Shown: one piece after another, positions 56,499 to 64,000 of the stretch
Layout of the letters: each line of letters starts with the position of its first letter
Position numbering within the stretch: the stretch's first letter is position 1
From: an uncultured Gammaproteobacteria bacterium
Lineage (GTDB): Bacteria > Pseudomonadota > Gammaproteobacteria > UBA9214
NCBI GenBank assembly: GCA_963827755.1
Contig: CAWHCQ010000004.1
Location: 78,513 to 142,512, forward strand
Direction: 5' to 3'
Length of the DNA: 64,000 bases
The notes under the pieces: model-generated
Told to the model about the DNA's origin: nothing
The model's input: only the letters and a program-made list of their open reading frames with translations
Databases searched by the model: none
Translations under genes and position numbers: made by a program

Positions 56499-57842
56499 TT
56501 ATTTCACAGGCTCGGCCAGCGCGGGCCGGGTCCATTCGGACATCAGAATCCAGCGGATAAACTTCTCGCGGGGCATCGGCTTGCCGATATGGTATCCCTG
56601 GCCATGGTGGCAGCCCATGCCGATCAGCTGCTGTAATACCTGCTCGTTTTCGATGCCTTCCGCGATCACGCTGAGTTCGAAGTTTTCCCCGAGGTTGATC
56701 ATGGTCTGGACAATACGGCCGTCGTTGACGTCTGTCGCCATCCCCATGACGAAGGACTGATCGATTTTCAGCTCGTGTACCGGGAGGTTTTTCAGGTAAC
56801 CGAATGATGAGTAGCCGGTGCCGAAATCATCAATCGATAGCTTGACACCGAGTTCACGCAAGCCATGCAGGGTCTCGATGCTGGCTTCCGGGTCTTTCAT
56901 GATCGCACTTTCAGTGACCTCGATCATGAGTTCATCGGCTGCGGTATCCCAGGTCCGCAGCGCGCGCTTTACCAGTTCCACCAGCTCGATTTCAGTCAGG
57001 GTGGTAGCGGACAGGTTTACCGCGACCCTGAATTCAGGCCACAGCTGCCTGATTTCAATACCCTGACGCAAGGCGGTGTTGAGGCTCCACAATGTCATGG
57101 GAAAGATCAGGCCATTCTCTTCCGCCAGTGTGATGAACTCATTCGGACCGATGAATCCGCGCTCGGGACTGTTCCAGCGCATCAATGCTTCGGCGCCGAT
57201 CAGGCGATGGTTTTTCAGGTCGACCTTCGGCTGGTAGTAGAGTTCGAACTCGTTGTTCCTGATGGCACGTTCGAGTTCAGGGACAAGTATCAATGATGAG
57301 ATTTCTGTTTCCGTGCTGTCCTTGGCCAGCTTGTAAGACTGGTAGCTTGCGCGTGCCGAATGCAAGGCCATGTCTGCCTGCAGCAGTAGTGCATCGCTGC
57401 TGTCGCCGTGTTCGGGAAATAATGCGATACCGATATGTATCCTGACATCAACGGAACGTCCGTCATCGAGGGTGATTTCATCGAGTTCTGAAATCAGCTT
57501 GTTGGCGGCCAGCTCGGCAAGGTGGGGAGTCTTCAGTTCCGGTAACAGCAGTGCGAACTCGTCGAGACCAACGCGTCCGCTAATGTCATTGTCTCGCTTG
57601 ATGGACTGTATGCGTTCGGCGATCTGCTGCAGGACCTGGTCTGCAATACTGTAGCCGTAAACGGAGTTGATCGTCCTGAAGCCCTTTATGTTCAGCAGGA
57701 CGACTGCGAGGGCGGCGTCTTTTTGTTTATGCTTTTGAATCTCGCTGTCAAGACGGGAGAAAAATTCTGCACGCCCCGCCATAGCTGCGAATGTGTCCAT
57801 GAGTCTGCGCTTGCCGATTCTGCGAGGATGATCTCTGGACAA
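56499..57842 (-). CDS. Degenerate-GGDEF / EAL protein (probable c-di-GMP phosphodiesterase)
   Basis: 447 aa. The GGDEF position reads GRVGLDEF (second Gly replaced by Leu). The EAL motif is intact (GAEALMRW) with DDFGTGYSS and KIDQSFV. Confidence 0.85.
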   Translation of the reverse strand: MSRDHPRRIGKRRLMDTFAAMAGRAEFFSRLDSEIQKHKQKDAALAVVLLNIKGFRTINSVYGYSIADQVLQQIAERIQSIKRDNDISGRVGLDEFALLLPELKTPHLAELAANKLISELDEITLDDGRSVDVRIHIGIALFPEHGDSSDALLLQADMALHSARASYQSYKLAKDSTETEISSLILVPELERAIRNNEFELYYQPKVDLKNHRLIGAEALMRWNSPERGFIGPNEFITLAEENGLIFPMTLWSLNTALRQGIEIRQLWPEFRVAVNLSATTLTEIELVELVKRALRTWDTAADELMIEVTESAIMKDPEASIETLHGLRELGVKLSIDDFGTGYSSFGYLKNLPVHELKIDQSFVMGMATDVNDGRIVQTMINLGENFELSVIAEGIENEQVLQQLIGMGCHHGQGYHIGKPMPREKFIRWILMSEWTRPALAEPVK

Positions 57843-57847
57843 AAGTC

Positions 57848-59134
57848 CTAGAGATAGTAGTCGCCTGGATCGAAATCGAAGTCTTCAGGGTCCAGGGCAT
57901 GGACAATGGTAAGCCGTTCACCCAGGCTCTTTTCTTCATGTTTCATCAGGTCGAGAATTTGCGGCTTCTCGTAGGGCTCCTTGTCAGCGTTCAGTATCAG
58001 CAGCAACTTCGGGCTGAGACGCCGAATGCGGTTCTGGGACATGACAATCGCGACCTGCCCGGAACTCAGTTCAACCAGGGTGCCGGTCGGATAGATACCC
58101 TGGCACTGGATGAACTGCTCTACCAGGTCCTCCTGGAAGTCGGTGCCGCGCCACTTGTAGAGCTCACGAATCGCGTCATGCGCGGAAAGGGCCTTCTTGT
58201 GGGGTCGATCACTGGTCATGGCGTCATAGCTGTCGACGATAGCGGCGATCCGGCCGCACACGGGAATGGCCGTGTCCTCGAGTTTTTGCGGGTACCCCAT
58301 GCCATTGAGACGCTCATGATGGCTTGCGACCATCGCCATCGCTGTAGGGGAGACATTTCCAGCTTCTGTCAGTATTTCCGCTCCGAAAGTAACGTGTTCC
58401 TGCATCAACCTGAATTCTTCTTCCGTCAAGGGGCCATTTTTTTCGAGGATTTCCTCAGGAACCCTGAGCTTGCCAATATCCAGCAGCAGGGTGCCCATGG
58501 CCACATCCTTGAGTTCTTCTTTGGGGTAACCGAGATGGCGGCAGAACGAGGCCGCCAGTGCGCAGGAATCGATGGCATGGGAATAACTGTAGGTGTCCTT
58601 GGCCTTCAATTGGCGTAACAGCATGAAGGCATCGGGGTTGCGCAGGACGCTGTCGGTGATTTCGTCAACGGCCGCCCTGACAGCCGGGACATTGAGTGTC
58701 GCCTTGTTGCGGATGTCACTGAACAGGTCCTGAACCAGGTTTTGAGATTTTTCATGGCTTGTTCTGGCCCGCTCCAGTTCATCCTCCACGGTGATGATGT
58801 CTTCATACCTGGTCCTGGTATGTGGAAGGCTGGAGACACGTACCAGGTCCTCCATGTTCACCCTGACGCGGGGAGGCGGGATCTTGTAGACATGCGGGGT
58901 ATCGTGACCGAGTTCCACGTTGATATAAACGTACTCGCACAATTCCTGCAGGATCTCGATCTCGCGCTGCTCCTGCAACATGAAGCCCTGGAAAAGAAAC
59001 GGGGTTTCTACCCAGGGGCGGTCGAGTTCATGGACGTACATCCCCCTCACCAGGTTCGCGGTACTGACGCATTTCATAAATTCAGTGTCTGCCTTGCTGT
59101 CGGTAGCGTCTGCAACAGGGTGCATATTGCTCAT
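57848..59134 (-). CDS. DUF3391 + HD-GYP domain protein
   Basis: ATG at 59134 gives MSNMHPV...VRGMYVHELDRPWVETPFLFQGF (DUF3391). HHERLNGMGYP is the GYP motif. The usual HDIGK reads LLLDIGK (His replaced by Leu). Confidence 0.85.
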   Translation of the reverse strand: MSNMHPVADATDSKADTEFMKCVSTANLVRGMYVHELDRPWVETPFLFQGFMLQEQREIEILQELCEYVYINVELGHDTPHVYKIPPPRVRVNMEDLVRVSSLPHTRTRYEDIITVEDELERARTSHEKSQNLVQDLFSDIRNKATLNVPAVRAAVDEITDSVLRNPDAFMLLRQLKAKDTYSYSHAIDSCALAASFCRHLGYPKEELKDVAMGTLLLDIGKLRVPEEILEKNGPLTEEEFRLMQEHVTFGAEILTEAGNVSPTAMAMVASHHERLNGMGYPQKLEDTAIPVCGRIAAIVDSYDAMTSDRPHKKALSAHDAIRELYKWRGTDFQEDLVEQFIQCQGIYPTGTLVELSSGQVAIVMSQNRIRRLSPKLLLILNADKEPYEKPQILDLMKHEEKSLGERLTIVHALDPEDFDFDPGDYYL

Positions 59135-59521
59135 TGTTATAATCCTGGATCTTGTCAGGTTACGAGGTGTAATCGATGAAACAGTTATCGGCATATGGCG
59201 GGTGGTCTTGAGCCGGTTTCTGATGCCATTTGAGGGCGGCCGGGAGGGCAGGGGGCGGTACGGGTTGTGCCTGGGCAAGCTGCTAAAAGTAAACGTTATT
59301 TGTTGCGAAAGAGGCGTGTTTCGGGGGTGCCGGGGTGCCCATTCGGGCGTTGACAGCCGACCCCTGCGGTCCTCGGGCCTGTGCCATCCCGGTAACCGTG
59401 CATTTCCGGTCTCACCGGTTCATGCGCGTTTGCCGGCTGCTGCTGATGCCAGGCCTGCCCCGCTGCGGTACAGGCCATGGGTAGCCAGCCTGATCAGTGT
59501 AAAAGGTTCACGGGAATTCAA

Positions 59522-60397
59522 TTAAAGCGGGAGTTTTTCCAGGGAACTGATCTTGGTGACGCCGCCGGGTAACTTGCGCAGACGGCGTACACCTTCACCA
59601 CCGATCCAGATGTCGATATCTTCCGGTATCTGCCTGCGCAGCTCCAGTAAATGCGGGCGTATGTTCCTGTACTGGTAGGCTCCACTGAAGGTCAGACCGA
59701 TGATGTCGGCACGAAACTGTTCGGCTGCACGAACGATCTGGTCCATCGGCACCTCGCCACCGAGGTTGATGATCGAGATGTCATGGGAGGAAAGCATGGC
59801 GGCCACGATCAACAGGCCCAGCGTATGTTTCTCGCCGGGCAGGGTTGCCAGCAGTACAAGGGGTTGCTTCGCGCTTTTCTGCATTCCGGCGATCCTGGTA
59901 TTGAGAAACCGGATCAGTTGTTCTGACAAAAAATGTTCCTGGAAGACCTGCAGCTTGCCGCCGACCCAGAGCTCGCCGACGGTATGCAGCAGCGGCACGA
60001 CCGTTGCGGTAACAAATTCTTTCATACCCGTTTTCTCATACTGCAGCTGGAACAGGGTTTCTATTTGCCCGGCATCCGCCGAGCGAATCGCCTCGAGCAT
60101 GGCGCTGACCATTTCATCAGGTGGCTGCGTATCTTCTGTCTGCAGGCTGGCCTCGAGCTCATCCATGTCGGTCTCGCTGAGTGGCAGCAGCTTGCCCGGG
60201 CGAATGCCCCGATCCAGCAATCGACGGATCCGCTGCAGCTGCCGCAGCTGCTTCTCGGGGTAGATGCGCTCGCCTTTTTCATTGCGCACAGGCCTGGGAA
60301 AGCCATAGCGGCGTTCCCAGACCCGCAGGGTGTCGCGGCCGATGCCGGTATCCCGTTCGACCACGCCGATCGCGTGGAGCCGGCTGTTTTCAGTCAT
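59522..60397 (-). CDS. MerR-family, cobalamin-binding light-responsive regulator (CarH/LitR type)
   Basis: MerR HTH IGVVERDTGIGRDTLRVWERRYGFP. Helical-bundle motif W-x9-EH (WVGGKLQVFQEH). Rossmann B12 site with lower-axial His motif GEKHTLG (ExHxxG). Confidence 0.8.
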   Translation of the reverse strand: MTENSRLHAIGVVERDTGIGRDTLRVWERRYGFPRPVRNEKGERIYPEKQLRQLQRIRRLLDRGIRPGKLLPLSETDMDELEASLQTEDTQPPDEMVSAMLEAIRSADAGQIETLFQLQYEKTGMKEFVTATVVPLLHTVGELWVGGKLQVFQEHFLSEQLIRFLNTRIAGMQKSAKQPLVLLATLPGEKHTLGLLIVAAMLSSHDISIINLGGEVPMDQIVRAAEQFRADIIGLTFSGAYQYRNIRPHLLELRRQIPEDIDIWIGGEGVRRLRKLPGGVTKISSLEKLPL

Positions 60398-60440
60398 TTG
60401 ATTACACCTAAAAGTTCATGGTTATTAATAATAACATAAT

Positions 60441-60474
60441 TTGTCCTAGACAAAACTAAAATTCCGTGTATAGT
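60441..60474 (+). promoter_or_regulatory. Candidate promoter with overlapping palindrome in the CarH/LitR divergent region
   Basis: The palindrome TTGTC-CTA-GACAA (60441-60453) overlaps -35 TAGACA (60447-60452). A 16-nt spacer precedes -10 TATAGT (60469-60474). Confidence 0.35.
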
Positions 60475-60534
60475 CGTGTCATGAGCACTCTAACAGGCCC
60501 ATACACCTGTCGAATATCAATGAGGAGAAATGCC

Positions 60535-60699
60535 ATGACCGGCTACGAACGTCAGATCCAGGAAACTGCAAAGTTCTATGACAACGCCATCGCTGCGGCT
60601 GAAAGGGAAAACATCGAAGTCCTTTCGTCGGTCGTCCCCGGCAGCCGCCTGCACCAGGTCATTCACAACCCGGTCGACAGCGGTATCGACGAAGGCTGA
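60535..60699 (+). CDS. Possible 54-aa soluble protein
   Basis: GAGGAG lies 7 nt before the ATG. MTGYERQIQETAKFYDNAIAAAERENIEVLSS... No homology is known to me. Confidence 0.3.
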   Translation: MTGYERQIQETAKFYDNAIAAAERENIEVLSSVVPGSRLHQVIHNPVDSGIDEG

Positions 60700-60717
60700 G
60701 GCGACCCGGACACACTC

Positions 60718-61101
60718 ATGTCGCACCAGGCAGTTATGGATAAACAGGTCGCCATGTTTTTCGACGGCGGTTGTCCTCTGTGTATGCGTGAGGTAATTCA
60801 TTACCAGCGCATTGACCGGGCCCGGGCTGTGCGCTGGGTCGATATCAGCGCACAGCCTGAACAGCTCAAGACCTTCCACTTGAGCTATGAAAATGCAATG
60901 GCACGTTTGCATGTGCTTGATACCGAAGGGCAGATGCACACGGGCGCAGCGGCTTTTGTGGCGCTATGGAATGTATTGCCGTACTACCGCTGGCTGGCAA
61001 GAATAGTCCGCTACACCGGGCTTGTTCCGCTTCTCGAGATGGTCTATCGGCCATTTGCCCGCTGGCGGCTGGCCCGGCGTCGCAACAACTGCCCTGTCTG
61101 A
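60718..61101 (+). CDS. Thiol-disulfide oxidoreductase DCC family (DUF393)
   Basis: FFDGGCPLCMREVIHYQRID is the DxxCxxC signature of the DCC family. Confidence 0.8.
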   Translation: MSHQAVMDKQVAMFFDGGCPLCMREVIHYQRIDRARAVRWVDISAQPEQLKTFHLSYENAMARLHVLDTEGQMHTGAAAFVALWNVLPYYRWLARIVRYTGLVPLLEMVYRPFARWRLARRRNNCPV

Positions 61102-61113
61102 GGCTCGACCAGT

Positions 61114-61338
61114 ATGCTCCCGGTTTTTGATTGCACCACGGAGCTGGGCTGGTTCCGGTTCGCAGTTGGCATGGCCGGATCTGCCCTGGCCGCATTCTTC
61201 CTGCTCTGGTTGCTGGCTGGCTGGATCGGTTGGGTGCCCACACTGGTAGATATCTTTGGTGTCGTCGGGATGAGGACACCGGCATCGTTTACCGTTGCCG
61301 GACTGTTGCTGGCGGCCATCGCGTTCTGGGAATGTTAA
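61114..61338 (+). CDS. Small two-TM membrane protein
   Basis: 74 aa with hydrophobic segments AVGMAGSALAAFFLLWLLAGW and ASFTVAGLLLAAIAFW. Tightly spaced in the operon. Confidence 0.35.
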   Translation: MLPVFDCTTELGWFRFAVGMAGSALAAFFLLWLLAGWIGWVPTLVDIFGVVGMRTPASFTVAGLLLAAIAFWEC

Positions 61339-61382
61339 GAGAAATCCCGATCAACAAATCAACCAAGAGGAGGAATAGCATC

Positions 61383-61565
61383 ATGTTCAAGCTGTCAGAT
61401 TTTTTTATTCTAGTTGCCGTGGTCGTCTCGTTTGCCGTATCGGCCTATCTATGGTTCAACGGCTTTACTGAGCAGGGCATATTCACCGCGATCTGGGTAC
61501 CTTCCATTCTCGCATTCGGTATTTACTTCAAGCTTTCGGCGCTACTGGCCAGGAGGGAAACATAA
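61383..61565 (+). CDS. Small two-TM membrane protein
   Basis: Internal ATG at 61383, preceded by AGGAGG. MFKLSDFFILVAVVVSFAVSAYLWF...AIWVPSILAFGIYFKL. Confidence 0.4.
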   Translation: MFKLSDFFILVAVVVSFAVSAYLWFNGFTEQGIFTAIWVPSILAFGIYFKLSALLARRET

Positions 61566-61756
61566 TGACCGAGCCCAACATTCTCTACCCCGCAATATTT
61601 GTGTTCAGCATGCTGCTGATTGGACTTTTACTGACCATCTGGGAGTTTTCACGTCTGCAAAAGTCGACCAGCAGGAGCAAGCAGGAGAAGCGGGGTGCCA
61701 ACCCCGGGTCTGGTGGTTCCGATGCCCGGCTGCACAAGGCCTCCGGCTTCCAGTGA
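61565..61756 (+). CDS. Small single-TM protein
   Basis: The ATG overlaps the previous stop (TAATG). YPAIFVFSMLLIGLLLTIW followed by a basic tail. Confidence 0.3.
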   Translation: MTEPNILYPAIFVFSMLLIGLLLTIWEFSRLQKSTSRSKQEKRGANPGSGGSDARLHKASGFQ

Positions 61757-61805
61757 CCTGCAAGGCCTTGAACTTTTATATTCTGCAGCCATGAAGGAGA
61801 TCATT

Positions 61806-62424
61806 ATGAACGGGTACATTCCGAACGGACGGGGCGCCGCAGTTGCCCTGTGTATGGCAGTGATGCTGAACGCACCCGGCATCGCATTCGCCGGGCCGGG
61901 GTGCATGAACGACCAGCGGGCATCCAGGGGTTTTTACCCCTACAACCCGATGCCCCCGCAGACCGCTTATCCGCAGGGACGCCCGTACGGGTACCAGGCA
62001 GCGCCGCCCGTGCACGCCGGGTGGATGGCTGCTCCCTACCGGGGGCCTGCGTATGCCCGGCCGCACTAACCCCGCCGCCAGCGGCGAGCCGGCGGCGGTT
62101 GCCTCGCCCGGCAGCGAAGGGCTGATCGCAGTCGGCAATGACAGCAAGGCTGCCGCTGAAACCATTACCGTGCGCATCAGCGGCATGCGTTTCGAGCCCG
62201 CGAACCTGACCGTTAAACCGGGTACCACTGTTCGATGGGTGCAGAACGACCGCATGCCGCATACCGTCACCGGCAAGGGCAATGCGCTGCGCTCAAACAC
62301 CCTGCAGATGAGCCAGGCTTACAGCTACACGTTTAATGAAGCAGGCCAGTTCGACTACGCCTGTGATTTCCATCCCGCGATGCAGGGTGTTGTCTCGGTG
62401 AAGGAAAGCGGGCTGGATACCTGA
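61806..62424 (+). CDS. Secreted cupredoxin (amicyanin/pseudoazurin-like type 1 copper protein) with Pro/Tyr-rich linker; one frame break
   Basis: AAGGAGA then ATG 61806 gives MNGYIPNGRGAAVALCMAVMLNAPGIAFA (signal), followed by the P/Y-rich stretch. The frame shifts at about 62062. The cupredoxin domain is ITVRISGMRFEPANLTVKPGTTVRWVQNDRMPHTV...YACDFHPAMQG (ligands H, C-x2-H-x2-M). Confidence 0.6.
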
Positions 62425-62473
62425 TCGGGCCACCGCCCTGTCGCGCATTCGATCCGTGATCCGGGGATAAGGC

Positions 62474-63181
62474 ATGAACATCGTGATCACAGGCGGCACG
62501 GGCGGTATTGGCGGGGCCTTTGTCGAGGCCCTTGCCAGGCGAAAGCAGGTGAACAGGATCATCGCCACCGGGAGGCGCAAGCCGCCCGGCAACACCGACC
62601 CGAAAGTCACCTGGCACAGACTGGACCTCGGTGATGAAGACGCCGTTCGCGACTGGGCGCAACAGCTGGATGAAATTGACTGGCTGATCAACGCCGCGGG
62701 TATCCTGCACACGCCGACACACGGCCCCGAAAAGACCGTCCGCCAGGTTGATCCTGAATTCTTTCTCGAAAACATGCGCAGCAATACCGTGCCCACCCTG
62801 TTGCTGGCCAAGTATCTGCACGGCAATTTCAGGCACGGGCGGCCGTCTGTTTTCGCAACCGTATCCGCGAAGGTCGGCAGTATCGAGGATAATCGCCTCG
62901 GCGGCTGGTACAGTTACCGCGCTTCCAAAGCGGCGCTGAACATGTGCCTGAAGACGCTTGCCATCGAGTGGGCGCGAACGCTGCCCAACGTTGCGGTGGC
63001 CGCCTTGCATCCAGGGACCACGGATACCGGCTTGTCGAAACCCTTTCAGCGCAATGTGCCGCCGCAGCAGCTGTTCTCCCCGGGGCAAAGCGTGGACTAC
63101 ATGCTTGATGTTCTGGGCAGTCTCATACCGGCGCAATCGGGACGCTTCCTGGCCTTTGACGGGGAGCGGCTCCCGTGGTGA
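62474..63181 (+). CDS. Short-chain dehydrogenase/reductase (SDR) family oxidoreductase
   Basis: MNIVITGGTGGIGGAF (TGxxxGxG) and the catalytic YSYRASKAAL (YxxxK). Confidence 0.85.
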   Translation: MNIVITGGTGGIGGAFVEALARRKQVNRIIATGRRKPPGNTDPKVTWHRLDLGDEDAVRDWAQQLDEIDWLINAAGILHTPTHGPEKTVRQVDPEFFLENMRSNTVPTLLLAKYLHGNFRHGRPSVFATVSAKVGSIEDNRLGGWYSYRASKAALNMCLKTLAIEWARTLPNVAVAALHPGTTDTGLSKPFQRNVPPQQLFSPGQSVDYMLDVLGSLIPAQSGRFLAFDGERLPW

Positions 63182-63360
63182 AAGACCCCGGATTCGACTC
63201 GGGATATGAAGCCGGGGATATCGGGATTGTCGGCGTCGCGGCATGGGAACAGGCCGATCCGGCTGATGCACCGGCGGGGCAAAGCGCGCAAAGACGATGA
63301 TTCTTTTCAGGGCCTGCAGTGTGTGGTCCCTCATCCCTTACCCTGTTTTATTGCGCAGGT

Positions 63361-63978
63361 TCAGTGTCGAGTGACCGACCCGGGTGCATCGAGCTGGCTG
63401 TCCAGCAGGGCGGTAAAGGTAAACAGGCGCTCGGCGGGTTCAACCGTTTCCAGCAGTACTTGCTTGTCCTGTTCGCTGAGCGGTAGCGCCATGCTCAGGC
63501 TGTTCACCAGGCTGACAATCGACAGGCGCTCCAGCAAGGCCCAGTCGGTCTCCAGCCCTTTGGCCTCGCAATAGCGTTTCAGCGTGCGCATCAGGAGGTC
63601 CTGTTCATTGTGCAACTTGCCCTCGTGATCGGCGTAGTCGTCACTGAAGCGCGACCAGTCCGGGACAATCACTCGATAGCCGCGAGTGGTCGGCAGCTCC
63701 TCAACGAGATCGTAACGACACACGCCGCTGAGCACCATGTCGATGCAGCCGTCGCTGGTTTCGCGATACCGGGTGATCCGTCCGGCGCAACCGGTGTGGC
63801 AGAGACCGGTTGCGTCCCCGGCAACCGGGTCGGGCTGGATCATGCCGATCATGCGATGGGTGCCGAGGGCGTCGCTGACCATGTTGAGATAGCGTGGTTC
63901 GAAAATGTGCAAGGGCAGCTCGTTGCCCGGCATAACGATCGCGCCCGCCAGTGGAAAGACCGGCAGTGTCCCCGGCAA
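63361..63978 (-). CDS. LON substrate-binding (N-terminal) domain protein
   Basis: LPVFPLAGAIVMPGNELPLHIFEPRYLNMV is typical of stand-alone LON-domain proteins. The start is close to the window edge and may lie further upstream. Confidence 0.75.
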   Translation of the reverse strand: MPGTLPVFPLAGAIVMPGNELPLHIFEPRYLNMVSDALGTHRMIGMIQPDPVAGDATGLCHTGCAGRITRYRETSDGCIDMVLSGVCRYDLVEELPTTRGYRVIVPDWSRFSDDYADHEGKLHNEQDLLMRTLKRYCEAKGLETDWALLERLSIVSLVNSLSMALPLSEQDKQVLLETVEPAERLFTFTALLDSQLDAPGSVTRH

Positions 63979-64000
63979 CTGGTCAAAGGGTGCTATGAAC

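Noticed and set aside
1-64000. Search for CRISPR arrays, tRNA/rRNA/tmRNA genes, prophage modules, toxin-antitoxin pairs and known defence-system signatures across the window.
   Set aside because: I noticed no regularly spaced direct repeats, no tRNA-like T-arm/acceptor patterns, no phage structural or integrase genes, and no nuclease/ATPase/methylase gene combinations typical of defence islands. This was by-eye inspection only, so small RNAs could have been missed.

Overview
64-kb chromosomal window from a GC-rich proteobacterium. The gene order glyA-nrdR-ribD-ribE-ribB-ribH-nusB-thiL-pgpA, trmJ-cysE-iscR, epmB/efp/epmA and parE-parC looks gammaproteobacterial, and soxYZ hints at a sulfur oxidiser; both points are inference only. 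Most of the window is housekeeping (riboflavin/thiamine cluster, topoisomerase IV, EF-P lysylation module, ispA/xseB, folE2), envelope transport (Mce/Mla-like ABC system, OMF-MFP-RND efflux operon) and dense nucleotide second-messenger signalling (class III cyclase, two GGDEF-EAL proteins, HD-GYP, two PilZ-type proteins). I found no rRNA, tRNA, CRISPR array, intact transposase or recognisable defence system.

The points most worth a second look are:
1. A roughly 254-nt, highly self-complementary repeat is present as two inverted copies of about 98% identity (8990-9291 and 20325-20578). The copies bracket an 11-kb segment.
2. The left 8 kb of that segment is visibly lower in GC. It carries an IS91 transposase relic, a PEP-CTERM gene pair, a private family of short intergenic repeats, and a soxYZ-centred five-gene periplasmic cluster.
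3. A CarH/LitR-type B12 photoreceptor regulator (Wx9EH and ExHxxG motifs intact) sits divergent from an operon of small membrane proteins, a DCC-family protein, a blue-copper protein and an SDR.
4. A rubrerythrin / CCG-type Fe-S oxidoreductase / DUF3501 cluster has a perfect palindromic operator candidate.
5. At least 15 frame breaks in conserved genes all behave as single extra bases, several of them in short homopolymers. This is most simply an assembly or sequencing artefact and needs read-level checking.

All coordinates, alignments and motif calls were made by eye from the sequence and the ORF track. No database search was run.
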